Shown: piece by piece, positions 1 through 8,612 of the stretch
Layout of the letters: each line of letters starts with the position of its first letter
How positions within the stretch are numbered: position 1 is the stretch's first letter
DNA from: a virus
Length of the DNA: 64,000 nt
Direction: 5' to 3' (one strand)
Virus record (IMG/VR): IMGVR_UViG_3300031823_000001
Location: 1-64,000 of that record
Made by a program: the position numbers and the translations under genes
Notes under the pieces: model-generated
What the model was told of the DNA's origin: nothing
Database searches by the model: none
Seen by the model: the letters and a program-made list of their open reading frames with translations, nothing else

Positions 1-767
1 TTCAGCCGGACGGCCTCGTCGGTGCTGATCTGCGCGGCCTCGACCTTGCCCTGCCAGTAGTCCACCGTCCGGTCGAGCTGGTACCCCTGGAGTGTCGCCC
101 CGACGGGGGCCCAGTAGCGGTGCAGGATGCGGCCGATCAGGAAGCCGAGCAGAAGCTGGGGCACGCTGAGCTTGCCGAGGAAGTGCGCCGAGACCTTGAA
201 TCCCGGGTGACGGAAGGCCGTAGCCGCGTGCGCCCACGCACCGGGGAGAGCGAAGTCGATCAGCCAGACGCCGAGTACGCCCAGTGCGAGGGTGAGGCCG
301 ATGATGACCAGCGGCGCGGTCAGGATGCGCCAGGTGCCGACCCGGACTCCCCACCACTTCTTCTTGGCGAGGAGGGTGGTGATCGCCATGGTGGCGAACG
401 CGGGCTCGGGGATGTCGCGGAACGCGGTGTGCCGGTACAGCGGCCAGTTCGCCGAGTGGATGAAGCCCATCCCGCCGTCCCACCAGGTCTTCAGGTAGAA
501 GATCTGGTGGTTGAAGCCGCCGATGTGGATGTACCAGCGGACCTCGAACAGGCCGAAGTAGAGCCCGGCGATGAACCCGGCCCCGATGAAGCCGGCTACA
601 ACCGACCACAGCGTGGACTGGGCGAAGCGGAACCGCACCGGATCACCGGACAGCAGGAATGCCTGGGACTTGCCCAGGGCGGTGATGCTGTCGGCAACGT
701 CACTGCCTACCTTGCCGGCGACCCGGCGGTGCGGCAGGCGGTCGAGCACCCCGCCGAGGGCACTCAC
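1..767 (-). CDS. Multi-pass membrane protein, partial (runs off window start)
   Basis: GTG overlapping the upstream TGA; my translation MSALGGVLDR...TLWSVVAGFIGAGFIAGLYFGLF... has several hydrophobic segments; not in ORF track because the frame appears open to the window edge. Confidence 0.7.
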   Translation of the reverse strand, partial: MSALGGVLDRLPHRRVAGKVGSDVADSITALGKSQAFLLSGDPVRFRFAQSTLWSVVAGFIGAGFIAGLYFGLFEVRWYIHIGGFNHQIFYLKTWWDGGMGFIHSANWPLYRHTAFRDIPEPAFATMAITTLLAKKKWWGVRVGTWRILTAPLVIIGLTLALGVLGVWLIDFALPGAWAHAATAFRHPGFKVSAHFLGKLSVPQLLLGFLIGRILHRYWAPVGATLQGYQLDRTVDYWQGKVEAAQISTDEAVRL

Positions 768-1222
768 TTCGTCACCGTCGCGGTGGCGGTGGGAGTGGCG
801 GTGGCTGAGGGGCTGGCGCCCAGGCCGTTGACGCAGGAGGCCATGGCGTTGAGGAAGCCGGTCTCCTTGCTGGCGCTGGTGCCCGTTGCCTTGTGGGCGT
901 TCTCGGCGGCCGTGAGAGCGCACGCAGCTACCGCGTCGTCGTCGGCCTTCGGGATCGCCTCGCAGGTGTAGAAGCCCTGGCGTGTGCTCTTGTGCAGCAG
1001 CAGGCTGACCTCCCACGCCTGGACGGTGCTGCCCTTGGGCTGGCACTTGGCGGCGAGTGCCGCCGCATCGGACGCGGCGGCCGAGGCCTGCGCCGAGTAG
1101 CTCGGGTCAGGCGTGAAGATGCTGGGCACGGACGCGGCTGCGCCCTTGTTTCCGCCGCACGCGACCGCAGCGGCGAGCACTCCCGCAGCGAGCGGGGCGG
1201 CGGCGAGGAACCGTCGGTTCAT
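764..1222 (-). CDS. Lipoprotein
   Basis: MNRR + hydrophobic stretch + lipobox-like AVAC; PT/TA-rich tail. Confidence 0.75.
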   Translation of the reverse strand: MNRRFLAAAPLAAGVLAAAVACGGNKGAAASVPSIFTPDPSYSAQASAAASDAAALAAKCQPKGSTVQAWEVSLLLHKSTRQGFYTCEAIPKADDDAVAACALTAAENAHKATGTSASKETGFLNAMASCVNGLGASPSATATPTATATVTK

Positions 1223-1304
1223 GGGGGTATCTGATTCCCTTCCTTGATGGTTTCTTACTCGGGGTGGAGGAGGTCGAGGTCGCGGCTGGTTAGCTCCTCG
1301 CGGT

Positions 1305-1565
1305 TCATTCGTCTTCGTCCATACCGGCGAACAGCGCGTCGAAGCATGCCTCGTGCTCGCCGCTCATGAGCGTGCCGCGCTGCCCGTCGGACAGCTCGGG
1401 AAGCATGTCCTGGACGTAGCCCTCGCCCCTGTGCCAGCGACTCCAGCGGTCCGCGTTGACGCCTGAGACCTCGCTCGGCTGCTGGCAGAGCGGGCAGACG
1501 AAATGCAGCGTGAGGGTGCCGTCCTCCGCTACGTGAGAGGATTCGAGCGGGGTCGCCGACGCCAT
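1305..1565 (-). CDS. Small CxxC (Zn-ribbon-like) protein
   Basis: ATG coupled to upstream TGA; MASATPLESS...CPLC...HEAC. Confidence 0.6.
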   Translation of the reverse strand: MASATPLESSHVAEDGTLTLHFVCPLCQQPSEVSGVNADRWSRWHRGEGYVQDMLPELSDGQRGTLMSGEHEACFDALFAGMDEDE

Positions 1566-1882
1566 CAGTCTTCCTCCTCGTCGTATGCGGCCGGCACCCA
1601 GACCTGCTCCAGGAACACCAGCTCTGACGGCCACGGGTAGGCCGCCGGCCACACCTTGCGGGCGACCCGCTTGTCGGCGTTGCACTGGGGAGCGCCCAGG
1701 CCGGCCACCTGCCGCCTGCCACGGTGGCTGACGATGTTGTGGAACGCGAGGCCCTTGTCCGGGTGCGCGACCCACCAGCGGCAGGCGTAGAACTTGTACT
1801 CCCTGAGCGGGTCAACGGGCGCCGTCGTGGCCTCCGCGACAGGGAGGAACAGGTAGTGCCTCTCCTCCAGCCAGATGTTCAC
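1565..1882 (-). CDS. Hypothetical protein
   Basis: GTGA coupling; MNIWLEERHY... Confidence 0.55.
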   Translation of the reverse strand: MNIWLEERHYLFLPVAEATTAPVDPLREYKFYACRWWVAHPDKGLAFHNIVSHRGRRQVAGLGAPQCNADKRVARKVWPAAYPWPSELVFLEQVWVPAAYDEEED

Positions 1883-2271
1883 GCTGCCTCCATGTCTTCC
1901 ATCCGCTCGGCGTGCGGGTGCTTTACGTGGACGATGACGTTGCGCCGCAGGTCGCGGCACGGTTCTTCCTCGTCGGCCCCGCAGCGGCGGCACTCCAGGA
2001 GCAGCGCCAGCTCCTCCCATTCGGCCAGCTCGGCGACCGCCGTCTTGGCTGCCCGGCGGTTGGCTGCGTCGAAGACCTCGGTGATCGACTTGACCCAGTT
2101 CTCGCGGACCGCGTCGCTGAGCGTCTCCCAGAGGAGGCCGTCGCCCAGGCAGCCGTTCTCTGACAGGTAGGCGACAACCTCGCGCGCTCCCTCAGTCCGG
2201 GCGACGCGGCCCACGTCGCGGCTGGAGGGCTTCACTCCGTTCCGTTCGAACGGGCCTGCAAGCCGTGGCAT
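1879..2271 (-). CDS. Hypothetical protein with C-terminal CxxC-C-H zinc finger
   Basis: CRRCGADEEEPC...HAER. Confidence 0.6.
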   Translation of the reverse strand: MPRLAGPFERNGVKPSSRDVGRVARTEGAREVVAYLSENGCLGDGLLWETLSDAVRENWVKSITEVFDAANRRAAKTAVAELAEWEELALLLECRRCGADEEEPCRDLRRNVIVHVKHPHAERMEDMEAA

Positions 2272-2363
2272 CTTCCTTCAGTCCTTCCTTTCCGCTGACC
2301 TGGTATTCGAGGTAATGGACGAGGTAAAAGTGCAAAACGGTACTAATCCAGCTTTTAGAGGAC

Positions 2364-2645
2364 TTACGGCAAACCGGGCAGCGCACCGGGTATCTGCGGG
2401 TCACTAACGAATGGTGAAGGAGCAGCGGCTTCTTGCGCCTGGTATCTGTGAAACCAAAGCTCGGATTCGATGTAGCGGCGGGTCGCGCCGCCTGTCTTCG
2501 TCTCAAAACCACCGCACGAGCAGGTGACGTCGTAGCCCCAGGAGCCGCGCATCGTGCCGGTGCGGCGGATCTTCGCGCCCCCGGCCCACACCCACCAGGT
2601 CGCCTGGTGGGCCTTCATCGTCTCGGCGCTGAGGATGTCGCTCAC
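2364..2645 (-). CDS. Hypothetical protein (CSC...H motif)
   Basis: GTGA-coupled start; WGYDVTCSCGGFET...WFH. Confidence 0.5.
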   Translation of the reverse strand: MSDILSAETMKAHQATWWVWAGGAKIRRTGTMRGSWGYDVTCSCGGFETKTGGATRRYIESELWFHRYQAQEAAAPSPFVSDPQIPGALPGLP

Positions 2646-2953
2646 CCGAGCCCCCTCGCCCGCCAGGCCCCACAGCACGCCCAGCAGATCATCTCGCCGG
2701 TCCCGGCCCACTCGGTCATGGCGATGGCGTTCCCGCAGGCCTCGCAGGAAGGGACCGGGACCCAGCGCCAGCCGTCCTTCATCCAGCCCTTGACGATCTT
2801 CACGTAGGGCTGGCTGCCGCCGGTTCCCTCGCGGCCGAGGACGTCAGCCTTGGCCGCGAGGTAGTTCTCGGCCTCGACCTCGTAGGTGTCGCCCCACGAG
2901 TAGGTCTCACCGTACCCGTCGGCCTTCACCGCGATCAGCCTGAAAGTGCTCAC
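2642..2953 (-). CDS. Hypothetical Zn-finger protein
   Basis: CEAC...CWAC; coupled ORF. Confidence 0.55.
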   Translation of the reverse strand: MSTFRLIAVKADGYGETYSWGDTYEVEAENYLAAKADVLGREGTGGSQPYVKIVKGWMKDGWRWVPVPSCEACGNAIAMTEWAGTGEMICWACCGAWRARGLG

Positions 2954-3234
2954 GATTCGTCGTACTCCTCGCGGTCGTCGTACTCCTCGCGGTCGCTGTA
3001 GTCGGGGTCGCCTGACCTGTCGTGCATCCCGGCCGGCTCTACCACGTCGTCCTTGAAGTCGATCGTGTAACCCTTGGGCGTCTTAACGATCGTCACGTCG
3101 ATGAACGTGGCGATGACGGAGATGTCTGCCATCTGCACCATGCGCTGCGCCTGCGAGTAGGTAACGTCCGTCAGCCTCGCCTGGATCAGGCTCGCAGCGT
3201 CCATTCGGTTAAGCGGCTTCTTGTTCTTGCTCAT
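2950..3234 (-). CDS. Hypothetical protein
   Basis: MSKNKKPL...; tail has an 18-bp tandem duplication (DREEYD x2). Confidence 0.55.
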   Translation of the reverse strand: MSKNKKPLNRMDAASLIQARLTDVTYSQAQRMVQMADISVIATFIDVTIVKTPKGYTIDFKDDVVEPAGMHDRSGDPDYSDREEYDDREEYDES

Positions 3235-3395
3235 CAGATGCCTCTCGCCTTCGCGTCGTCGATGCGGAGCCGGCAGACGGTCTTCTTGCGTCGGTGCCAC
3301 CGCCGCCCGGCGGCCGTCAGGTCGAAGCACCTCTCCCCGACGCCCGCATGGCACATGCGGCAGGTGATCTTCAGCGCCTTCTCTTCCTGGTTCAT
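3234..3395 (-). CDS. Small zinc-finger protein
   Basis: MNQEEKALKITCRMCHAGVGERC...C; same type as the 1879-2271 finger. Confidence 0.55.
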   Translation of the reverse strand: MNQEEKALKITCRMCHAGVGERCFDLTAAGRRWHRRKKTVCRLRIDDAKARGI

Positions 3396-3396
3396 C

Positions 3397-3678
3397 TCAG
3401 ATTCCCTCGTACGCTGCGATCATGGCGCGGGCCGCGTCCGCGTAGGCGCCGGCCGGCAGCAGGTTGGAGTCGTCGAGGGTCATATGGCCGGCGATCTCCC
3501 ACCGGACGCCCGTGGGGATGAACTTCCCGGTCACGCCCTTGACGCCGACACCCCAGACCTCGCCGACAGGACGCGGGTACTTCACGCTGGTGTCGTTGTA
3601 CTCGTCTGCGTCGAAGACCTTGTATACGGGCAGGTCGGTGCCGGGGTAGTTCCCGTCGTGTACCAGTTGGTAAGCCAT
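3397..3678 (-). CDS. Hypothetical protein
   Basis: GGAGG RBS then MAYQLVHDG; downstream of motif copy 3721. Confidence 0.65.
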   Translation of the reverse strand: MAYQLVHDGNYPGTDLPVYKVFDADEYNDTSVKYPRPVGEVWGVGVKGVTGKFIPTGVRWEIAGHMTLDDSNLLPAGAYADAARAMIAAYEGI

Positions 3679-3720
3679 CTCAGGTCCTCCTGTAGCGCTC
3701 GTTCCTTGCAGAACCGACAA

Positions 3721-3738
3721 TACAGGGTTTCTTGATAA
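3721..3738 (-). promoter_or_regulatory. 18-bp phage promoter/operator motif
   Basis: Minus strand TTATCAAGAAACCCTGTA, last TA starting -10-like TATTGT. Confidence 0.75.
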
Positions 3739-3757
3739 CGGGCAATCATATTTGGGG

Positions 3758-3973
3758 CTACGGGCGTGTTCGCCCCTCCAGGATCACCACGAACATCCCG
3801 TTCTCGAACCCGGCCGACACCTGCTCCAGCTCGAACAGGTGCCCGTGCACGCGGACCAGGACCTTCTTGCCCACGTCCATGTTGCGGCCCCATGCCCCGC
3901 CGAGATCGGTGAGGACATGCAGTGCCTCCTTCAGCTCCCCGACGCTCAGGCCGCCTTCTTCGCCCGCCGTCAC
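3758..3973 (-). CDS. Hypothetical protein
   Basis: GTGA-coupled to the Nudix stop; MTAGEEGGLSV... Confidence 0.55.
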   Translation of the reverse strand: MTAGEEGGLSVGELKEALHVLTDLGGAWGRNMDVGKKVLVRVHGHLFELEQVSAGFENGMFVVILEGRTRP

Positions 3974-4566
3974 AGTCTCGCCTCCCCGTCGGCCGCGAGC
4001 TGCTCGACCGCCAGCAGGTCGGCCACAGGCAGCCGGACGACGTCCAGCTCGGCCAGGAAGCCCACCCACACCGGCTCGATCCCGGGGAAATCCTGGAATT
4101 CGCTGTCGCTGACCCGCCCGTGGGCGTACAGCACCGTCTGGTTGGCCAGGAGCTGCACCTGCGGCGCGCTGAGCCAGCGGGCCAGCTTCACCTCGCGCTC
4201 CGACAGCTTCAGCTCCGGGACCTGGAGCCCCAGGTAGGCGACGTAGATCTCCCACTGGTGGCCGGTGCCCTTCGGGCCTGGCTCGCGCCTGCACCTGTTG
4301 AGGCGCCAGCCGCCCACCGGGGTCCAGTGCACCTCGGTGACGTCCAGGCCCACTTCCTCCTTCAGCTCGGCCCGCGCCGCGTCGGTATAGCTCAGGTGCT
4401 CGTCGAAGACGTGCCCGGATACCGGGGCGACGCTGAAGGGGAACGTGTTGCGCCATATGAACAGCCACCTCGGCCGCCCGTTCCCGTCGGTGCGCTCGAC
4501 CAGCACGCCGACGCTGGCGTTGTCGCACTGCTTCGCCGGCGCTACGGCGTCCGCCTGTCCTGGCAT
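3970..4566 (-). CDS. Nudix hydrolase
   Basis: Nudix-box variant SGHV-x7-DAARAELKEEVGL. Confidence 0.85.
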   Translation of the reverse strand: MPGQADAVAPAKQCDNASVGVLVERTDGNGRPRWLFIWRNTFPFSVAPVSGHVFDEHLSYTDAARAELKEEVGLDVTEVHWTPVGGWRLNRCRREPGPKGTGHQWEIYVAYLGLQVPELKLSEREVKLARWLSAPQVQLLANQTVLYAHGRVSDSEFQDFPGIEPVWVGFLAELDVVRLPVADLLAVEQLAADGEARL

Positions 4567-4577
4567 CGGTTCTCCTA

Positions 4578-4619
4578 AATGTCTGAAGGGCGGCCCGCAT
4601 GAGCCGCCCTTCAGACATT
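4578..4619. other. Perfect 17-bp inverted repeat between promoter motif and Nudix RBS
   Basis: AATGTCTGAAGGGCGGC-N8-GCCGCCCTTCAGACATT. Confidence 0.8.
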
Positions 4620-4635
4620 ATCAATAAACCTTGTA
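4618..4635 (-). promoter_or_regulatory. 18-bp phage promoter/operator motif
   Basis: Minus strand TACAAGGTTTATTGATAA overlapping -10-like TAATGT. Confidence 0.7.
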
Positions 4636-4648
4636 TCGGTGGAAGAGC

Positions 4649-5005
4649 TTAGGCTGCTTCGCCTGCTTCCTTTTCCTCCCGCTGACGCGCTCTCGATACT
4701 CTTGCAGTGCGGCTCACCTGAAGGTTCTTCCGCTCCTCCTCGGTGAGGCCGCCCCGGATGCCGTACCGGCCGCCGCCGCTCTTCTCCTCGGCCATCGCCG
4801 CCTCCAGGCACTCGGTCCTGGCGCAGCACCCGGTGCACAGTCCCTTCGCCTTCTCCACGCGCACCTCGCGCGTGCCGGGACTCTCGTTCTCGCCCTTGTA
4901 GAACAGGCCCGTGCTCTCGCCCCGGCACGCCACCTCCGCTGGTGCGCGCCAGATCGGCACGGTCTCCTTGCGCCACTGCGCCGCCCTCGGGCTGGTGCGG
5001 CTCAC
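4649..5005 (-). CDS. whiB: WhiB-family Fe-S transcription factor
   Basis: AC...FY...AKGLCTGC...C LEAA...GIRGGLTEEER (four Cys and a GxWGG-like turn). Confidence 0.85.
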   Translation of the reverse strand: MSRTSPRAAQWRKETVPIWRAPAEVACRGESTGLFYKGENESPGTREVRVEKAKGLCTGCCARTECLEAAMAEEKSGGGRYGIRGGLTEEERKNLQVSRTARVSRARQREEKEAGEAA

Positions 5006-5295
5006 CCGCGCCGCCTCTCCCGGTGCGCCAGCAGGCGCGCGCCAAGTCCTACGGCCAGGATCATCCCGCCAGCCCAGTAGCCGGGCACTCCGCCCTGGAG
5101 CGCGCCGTTGAGTACCAGGTCGGCTGAGCCGACGGCAGTCCAGATAGCGCCGGTCCTTGCCGTGTTGCTGGCGCGCGCCGCCCTGTACCGCGCCAGGCGC
5201 GCCGCGTCCCTGGTGCGCCACCTGATGCCGTACCGCGCCGCCTGGCGCGGTGCGCTGGTGCGCCCTGGCGCACCGCTTGCTGCTCCCGCTCTCAT
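5002..5295 (-). CDS. Small membrane protein
   Basis: Two hydrophobic segments at the C-terminus; coupled to whiB. Confidence 0.45.
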   Translation of the reverse strand: MRAGAASGAPGRTSAPRQAARYGIRWRTRDAARLARYRAARASNTARTGAIWTAVGSADLVLNGALQGGVPGYWAGGMILAVGLGARLLAHRERRRG

Positions 5296-5399
5296 GAGAC
5301 AGCCCTTCCCTGAAATGAAGCGGGGCCCCGGATGTGGCGTCCGCGAGGCCCCGCAGGCGCGCCCTCTTTCCCCTTGCCGGGGGCGCGCCGCTCCTGATG

Positions 5400-6320
5400 C
5401 TAGCGGGGGGCCTTGAAGCTGGCGTCGCCGAGCTTGTCGGGCATCTGGAGCTTGGAAGCGGACTTGCCCGTGCGCCAGGTGTCCCACGAGCGCAGGCACA
5501 GGAACAGCACCGTCTCCTGCTTGACCCTGGTGCCGTGCCTCTGCGCTTCGTACTGGTCGCGGGCGAGGCGCTTGCGGAGTACCGTCAGCGGGTGCGGCCT
5601 GCCCGGCACCTCGTCGGTCAGCCCGGCGCCGCTGCGCAGGTACTCCAGGAATATGTCCCGCTGCTCCGGGCTCTTCTGGCCGAGGAGCCACCACAGGAAG
5701 CCCGCCACTCCGGCCGGCACGATGGGCGGCTTGAGGCTCCAGTTGGCGGCGAACTTGGTGGCTTCCTCGATGTAGGCGACGCGCTCAAGCTCTGCCGGGA
5801 GGTACTTGCCTTCCTGCGGCTTCAGGATTTCCATGACCTCGGCGCGGGTTGGCTTGTAGGCGTTGCCGGTGATGCGCCCGGCTTCCCACAGCACGATGCG
5901 GCGGCCGATGGTGTAGAGCATCGTGGGGTTCTCGCGGCCGTCCATGCCGAGGAGGTCCTGGCCGGTCCTGTTCTTGCCGATGTTGAGGTAGGGGAACGCC
6001 TCGTCGATCTCCTGCGTGGTGCCCCTGGTCACCCACAGGGTGAGAGTGAAGTCGTCGGGATGGGCGATCTCCTCCTTCCTGGCGAGCGCCATAGCCGCTT
6101 CGAGGATCGCGAGGTAGCGCTGCTGCCCGTCGCGCAGCACGCCGTCCCCGGTGTCTTCCCCGTCGTAGACGACGGGCTCGGGGCTCTTCCTCCAGCGGCC
6201 GGCCTCCATGTCGCGGGCGTAGCGGGCGATGACTCCCGGCGAGGGGTGCCTGCCGCACCGGGCTGTCTTGAGGTCCTCGCGGGCGATGGCCGGCGTGATA
6301 TCTTCCCACTGGCTGTGCAT
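5400..6320 (-). CDS. ParB/Srx-like (DGQHR-type) domain protein
   Basis: ARYARDMEAGRW...PVVYD...LRDGQQRYLAI. Confidence 0.75.
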   Translation of the reverse strand: MHSQWEDITPAIAREDLKTARCGRHPSPGVIARYARDMEAGRWRKSPEPVVYDGEDTGDGVLRDGQQRYLAILEAAMALARKEEIAHPDDFTLTLWVTRGTTQEIDEAFPYLNIGKNRTGQDLLGMDGRENPTMLYTIGRRIVLWEAGRITGNAYKPTRAEVMEILKPQEGKYLPAELERVAYIEEATKFAANWSLKPPIVPAGVAGFLWWLLGQKSPEQRDIFLEYLRSGAGLTDEVPGRPHPLTVLRKRLARDQYEAQRHGTRVKQETVLFLCLRSWDTWRTGKSASKLQMPDKLGDASFKAPR

Positions 6321-6402
6321 TGTGGCTGAAGCCTTCTTCCTGTTCTGCTGTGTTCCCTGTTGTTTACTGTTGTCCTGATCGGGTGCCCTTGCCCGGCACC
6401 CG

Positions 6403-6645
6403 TCAGGGGACGTGCAGCTCGCAGTTGCCGGGGCAGCAGAAGTGGAACCCTGCCTCCGTCATGGTGACCGAGCACGTGCTGAAGTAGTGCCCCTGGTGCT
6501 CGTTTCCGGTGGGACGCCCGCAGCGCTCGCAGACAAGGCCGTCACCCGCGCCGGGCAGCATGTCCGGCTCGTCGGCCCAGGGGAGCCTCTCCAGGCGCCT
6601 GGTGGCCCTCCTGAGCGGCTCTGTGGGGCTGTCCGGGCTAGTCAC
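6403..6645 (-). CDS. Small Cys/His-rich protein
   Basis: CERCG...HQGHY...C...HFCCPGNCELH. Confidence 0.55.
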   Translation of the reverse strand: MTSPDSPTEPLRRATRRLERLPWADEPDMLPGAGDGLVCERCGRPTGNEHQGHYFSTCSVTMTEAGFHFCCPGNCELHVP

Positions 6646-6707
6646 CGGGGTGGAACACCTTCTCGTGGTCCTCCATCAGCTTGCCGGCTTCCTGGCAGCG
6701 CTTGCGC

Positions 6708-6962
6708 TCAGTCCCGGTCACCGGCCTGTGCCCTCTCGTGCTCCTCGATGGCGGCCCGTACGTAGCTGCCCACACTCGCGGTGCGGCTCCAGTCGAGCAG
6801 CTCGCCCCACTCCCGGCCGCTCAGCGGCTTCGGGTTGGGGCTCCCGCAGTAGCAGCACACCGGGGTGCGCATGCCTGTGGTGCCGAACGCGATGCGCCAG
6901 TGTCTCATGCGCAGGGGGCAGCGGGTCATCGCCTGCCTGCGACGGGGAGCCCTCTCAGTCAC
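6708..6962 (-). CDS. Small Cys-rich hypothetical protein
   Basis: ORF track; CCYCG motif. Confidence 0.45.
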   Translation of the reverse strand: MTERAPRRRQAMTRCPLRMRHWRIAFGTTGMRTPVCCYCGSPNPKPLSGREWGELLDWSRTASVGSYVRAAIEEHERAQAGDRD

Positions 6963-7076
6963 TGTTCTTCCTCCCGGTAGTTCGTAGGCAGCAGGTAGCA
7001 GATCCGCCCTCGTGCGCCGTTTGTTCCGCGCGGCCGGCTGCGCCGGGCGTCTAACGCGCGAGGGCCGGTCTCAGAA

Positions 7077-7094
7077 TACAGGATTCCTTGATAA
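7077..7094 (-). promoter_or_regulatory. 18-bp phage promoter/operator motif
   Basis: Minus strand TTATCAAGGAATCCTGTA leading into -10-like TATTCT. Confidence 0.75.
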
Positions 7095-7117
7095 TCAACA
7101 ACGGGGAACAGAACTGT

Positions 7118-7906
7118 TCAGGCGGCTTCCCGCATGAACGGGGGCACTTCTCTCTCGGGCCTGCGCCGCCAGCGCACGTTCGCCGTCCGGATGAACGCCT
7201 CGTCGTCGGTGACCAGGGCGAGCATCTGCGCCGCGTGAGCGTCCGCGTCAGGCAGGGAGCCCGGCGGGTGCGCGCAGTAGGTGGCGTCGCGCTCCTCGCC
7301 TATCTCCGGCATGAGGTCCACGTTGCCTGCCTGGCCACGGTTCCTGACCCGCCAGCGGCGCCCGGACGGGCCCCTGACCTCGAACCAGCCCTTGTCCTGG
7401 TAGCTCTCCCACTGCTCGTCGCTCAGCAGCGACCGCAGCAGCTCCAGGGCGCGGGATTCGGCCTGCTCGCGTTCCAGGCGCTGCTCCGCAGCCCTGGCCT
7501 CCGTCTCGGCCTGCCGCTCCCGGAGGCGCTCCCGGACCTCCCTGTCGCGCTCCTCGCGCTCGGCGCGCTGCTCCTCGGTCTCCTGGTAGGCCGTATTCCA
7601 CGTGACCCACTGGGTGCCGGTGCTGACGTAGGCGGTGCTCGTGGAGTAGTTGAAGGCGAGTGACCCGGCTGTGGTCGCGACCGCGCTGTTCCACGAGGTC
7701 CAGGCGGTGTCCGCCATCGTGACGGTGGTGCCCGTCGTCAAGCACCAGGCGAACCACGTCTGCCCTGGCGACCAGGAGCTGAAGGCCTCCTGCTTGAGCG
7801 GCTGGACAGCCGTCAGGTCCGCCAGCGTTCCCGCTGTCGGAGCCGGGAGCTGCTGCGCCAGTGCCTTTAGCGCCTGGTCAGCCAGGGCGGGTGCTGACCC
7901 TGCCAC
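7118..7906 (-). CDS. Partner of the GG-terminated protein: Trp/Thr-rich region, coiled coil, C-terminal globular domain with CAH motif
   Basis: Starts 1 nt after the GG-TGA stop; GWFEVRG..GRRWRV...GNV...YCAHP...D...AQML..DDE.F...AN. Confidence 0.75.
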   Translation of the reverse strand: MAGSAPALADQALKALAQQLPAPTAGTLADLTAVQPLKQEAFSSWSPGQTWFAWCLTTGTTVTMADTAWTSWNSAVATTAGSLAFNYSTSTAYVSTGTQWVTWNTAYQETEEQRAEREERDREVRERLRERQAETEARAAEQRLEREQAESRALELLRSLLSDEQWESYQDKGWFEVRGPSGRRWRVRNRGQAGNVDLMPEIGEERDATYCAHPPGSLPDADAHAAQMLALVTDDEAFIRTANVRWRRRPEREVPPFMREAA

Positions 7907-7907
7907 G

Positions 7908-8174
7908 TCAGCCGCCGACGAGCGGCTTGACGAGGATGATCCGCTCGGCGTCCGGGTCGAACTCCCGGATCTGCTCGCCCTGGTGGCCGTCCTTGCCCTC
8001 GGCCTTGTAGGCGAGGTAGCCCTTGCGGGTCAGCTCCCTGAACTGCTTCCTGGCCGCGTCCACCTCGTCCTTGTTGCGCCTGTCCCACATCTGGCGGACG
8101 TCGCCCGATCGGTCCAGGGTGCTCATGAGCCCGTGGTGCTCCGGCACGGTGATCTCAGTTTCCTGCACAGTCAT
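7908..8174 (-). CDS. Small protein ending in Gly-Gly (ubiquitin/MoaD-like C-terminus)
   Basis: Own GGAGG RBS; 88 aa ending FDPDAERIILVKPLVGG. Confidence 0.8.
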   Translation of the reverse strand: MTVQETEITVPEHHGLMSTLDRSGDVRQMWDRRNKDEVDAARKQFRELTRKGYLAYKAEGKDGHQGEQIREFDPDAERIILVKPLVGG

Positions 8175-8612
8175 GTTTCCTCCGAAGGATTTACGCTGAT
8201 TACTGATGACGAACGGCCAACGTGCAGCCTTCCGCGTATTGCAAGGCCAGCAAGCAGGTCTCAGGTTCGACGGCCACTTGCTACCGCCTCGATACAGCGG
8301 CTTCACATGATCCATGTAGCGAGCCGCGTTGCCGCACATCCAGCAACGGCCACCGTAGTAAGCCCGCCGGGCCTGTCGTTGCTCCTCGGTGCAGTTCCCT
8401 GGCGCAGCCGCTTCTCTCGTCAGTCGCCGCTGGATGCTCTGCGCTTGCGTCTGAGGCTTCTGCTTCAGCACAGTGAGAGGAGCCGAGGTCAGCCTCTCCA
8501 GGAATGACTCGCGACAGGAAGCGCACTCGCGCGCGATACCTTTGCTTCCTTCGAAGCAAAATTCGGCTACCCGCCTTTCGCGTAGGCACATAATGCACCT
8601 CTTCTTGATCAC
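7908..8612 (-). CDS. HNH endonuclease read in frame into the GG protein
   Basis: CWMCG...MDHVKPLYRGG...NLRPACWPCNTRK; lower GC; no stop before 8174. Confidence 0.75.
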   Translation of the reverse strand: MIKKRCIMCLRERRVAEFCFEGSKGIARECASCRESFLERLTSAPLTVLKQKPQTQAQSIQRRLTREAAAPGNCTEEQRQARRAYYGGRCWMCGNAARYMDHVKPLYRGGSKWPSNLRPACWPCNTRKAARWPFVISNQRKSFGGNMTVQETEITVPEHHGLMSTLDRSGDVRQMWDRRNKDEVDAARKQFRELTRKGYLAYKAEGKDGHQGEQIREFDPDAERIILVKPLVGG

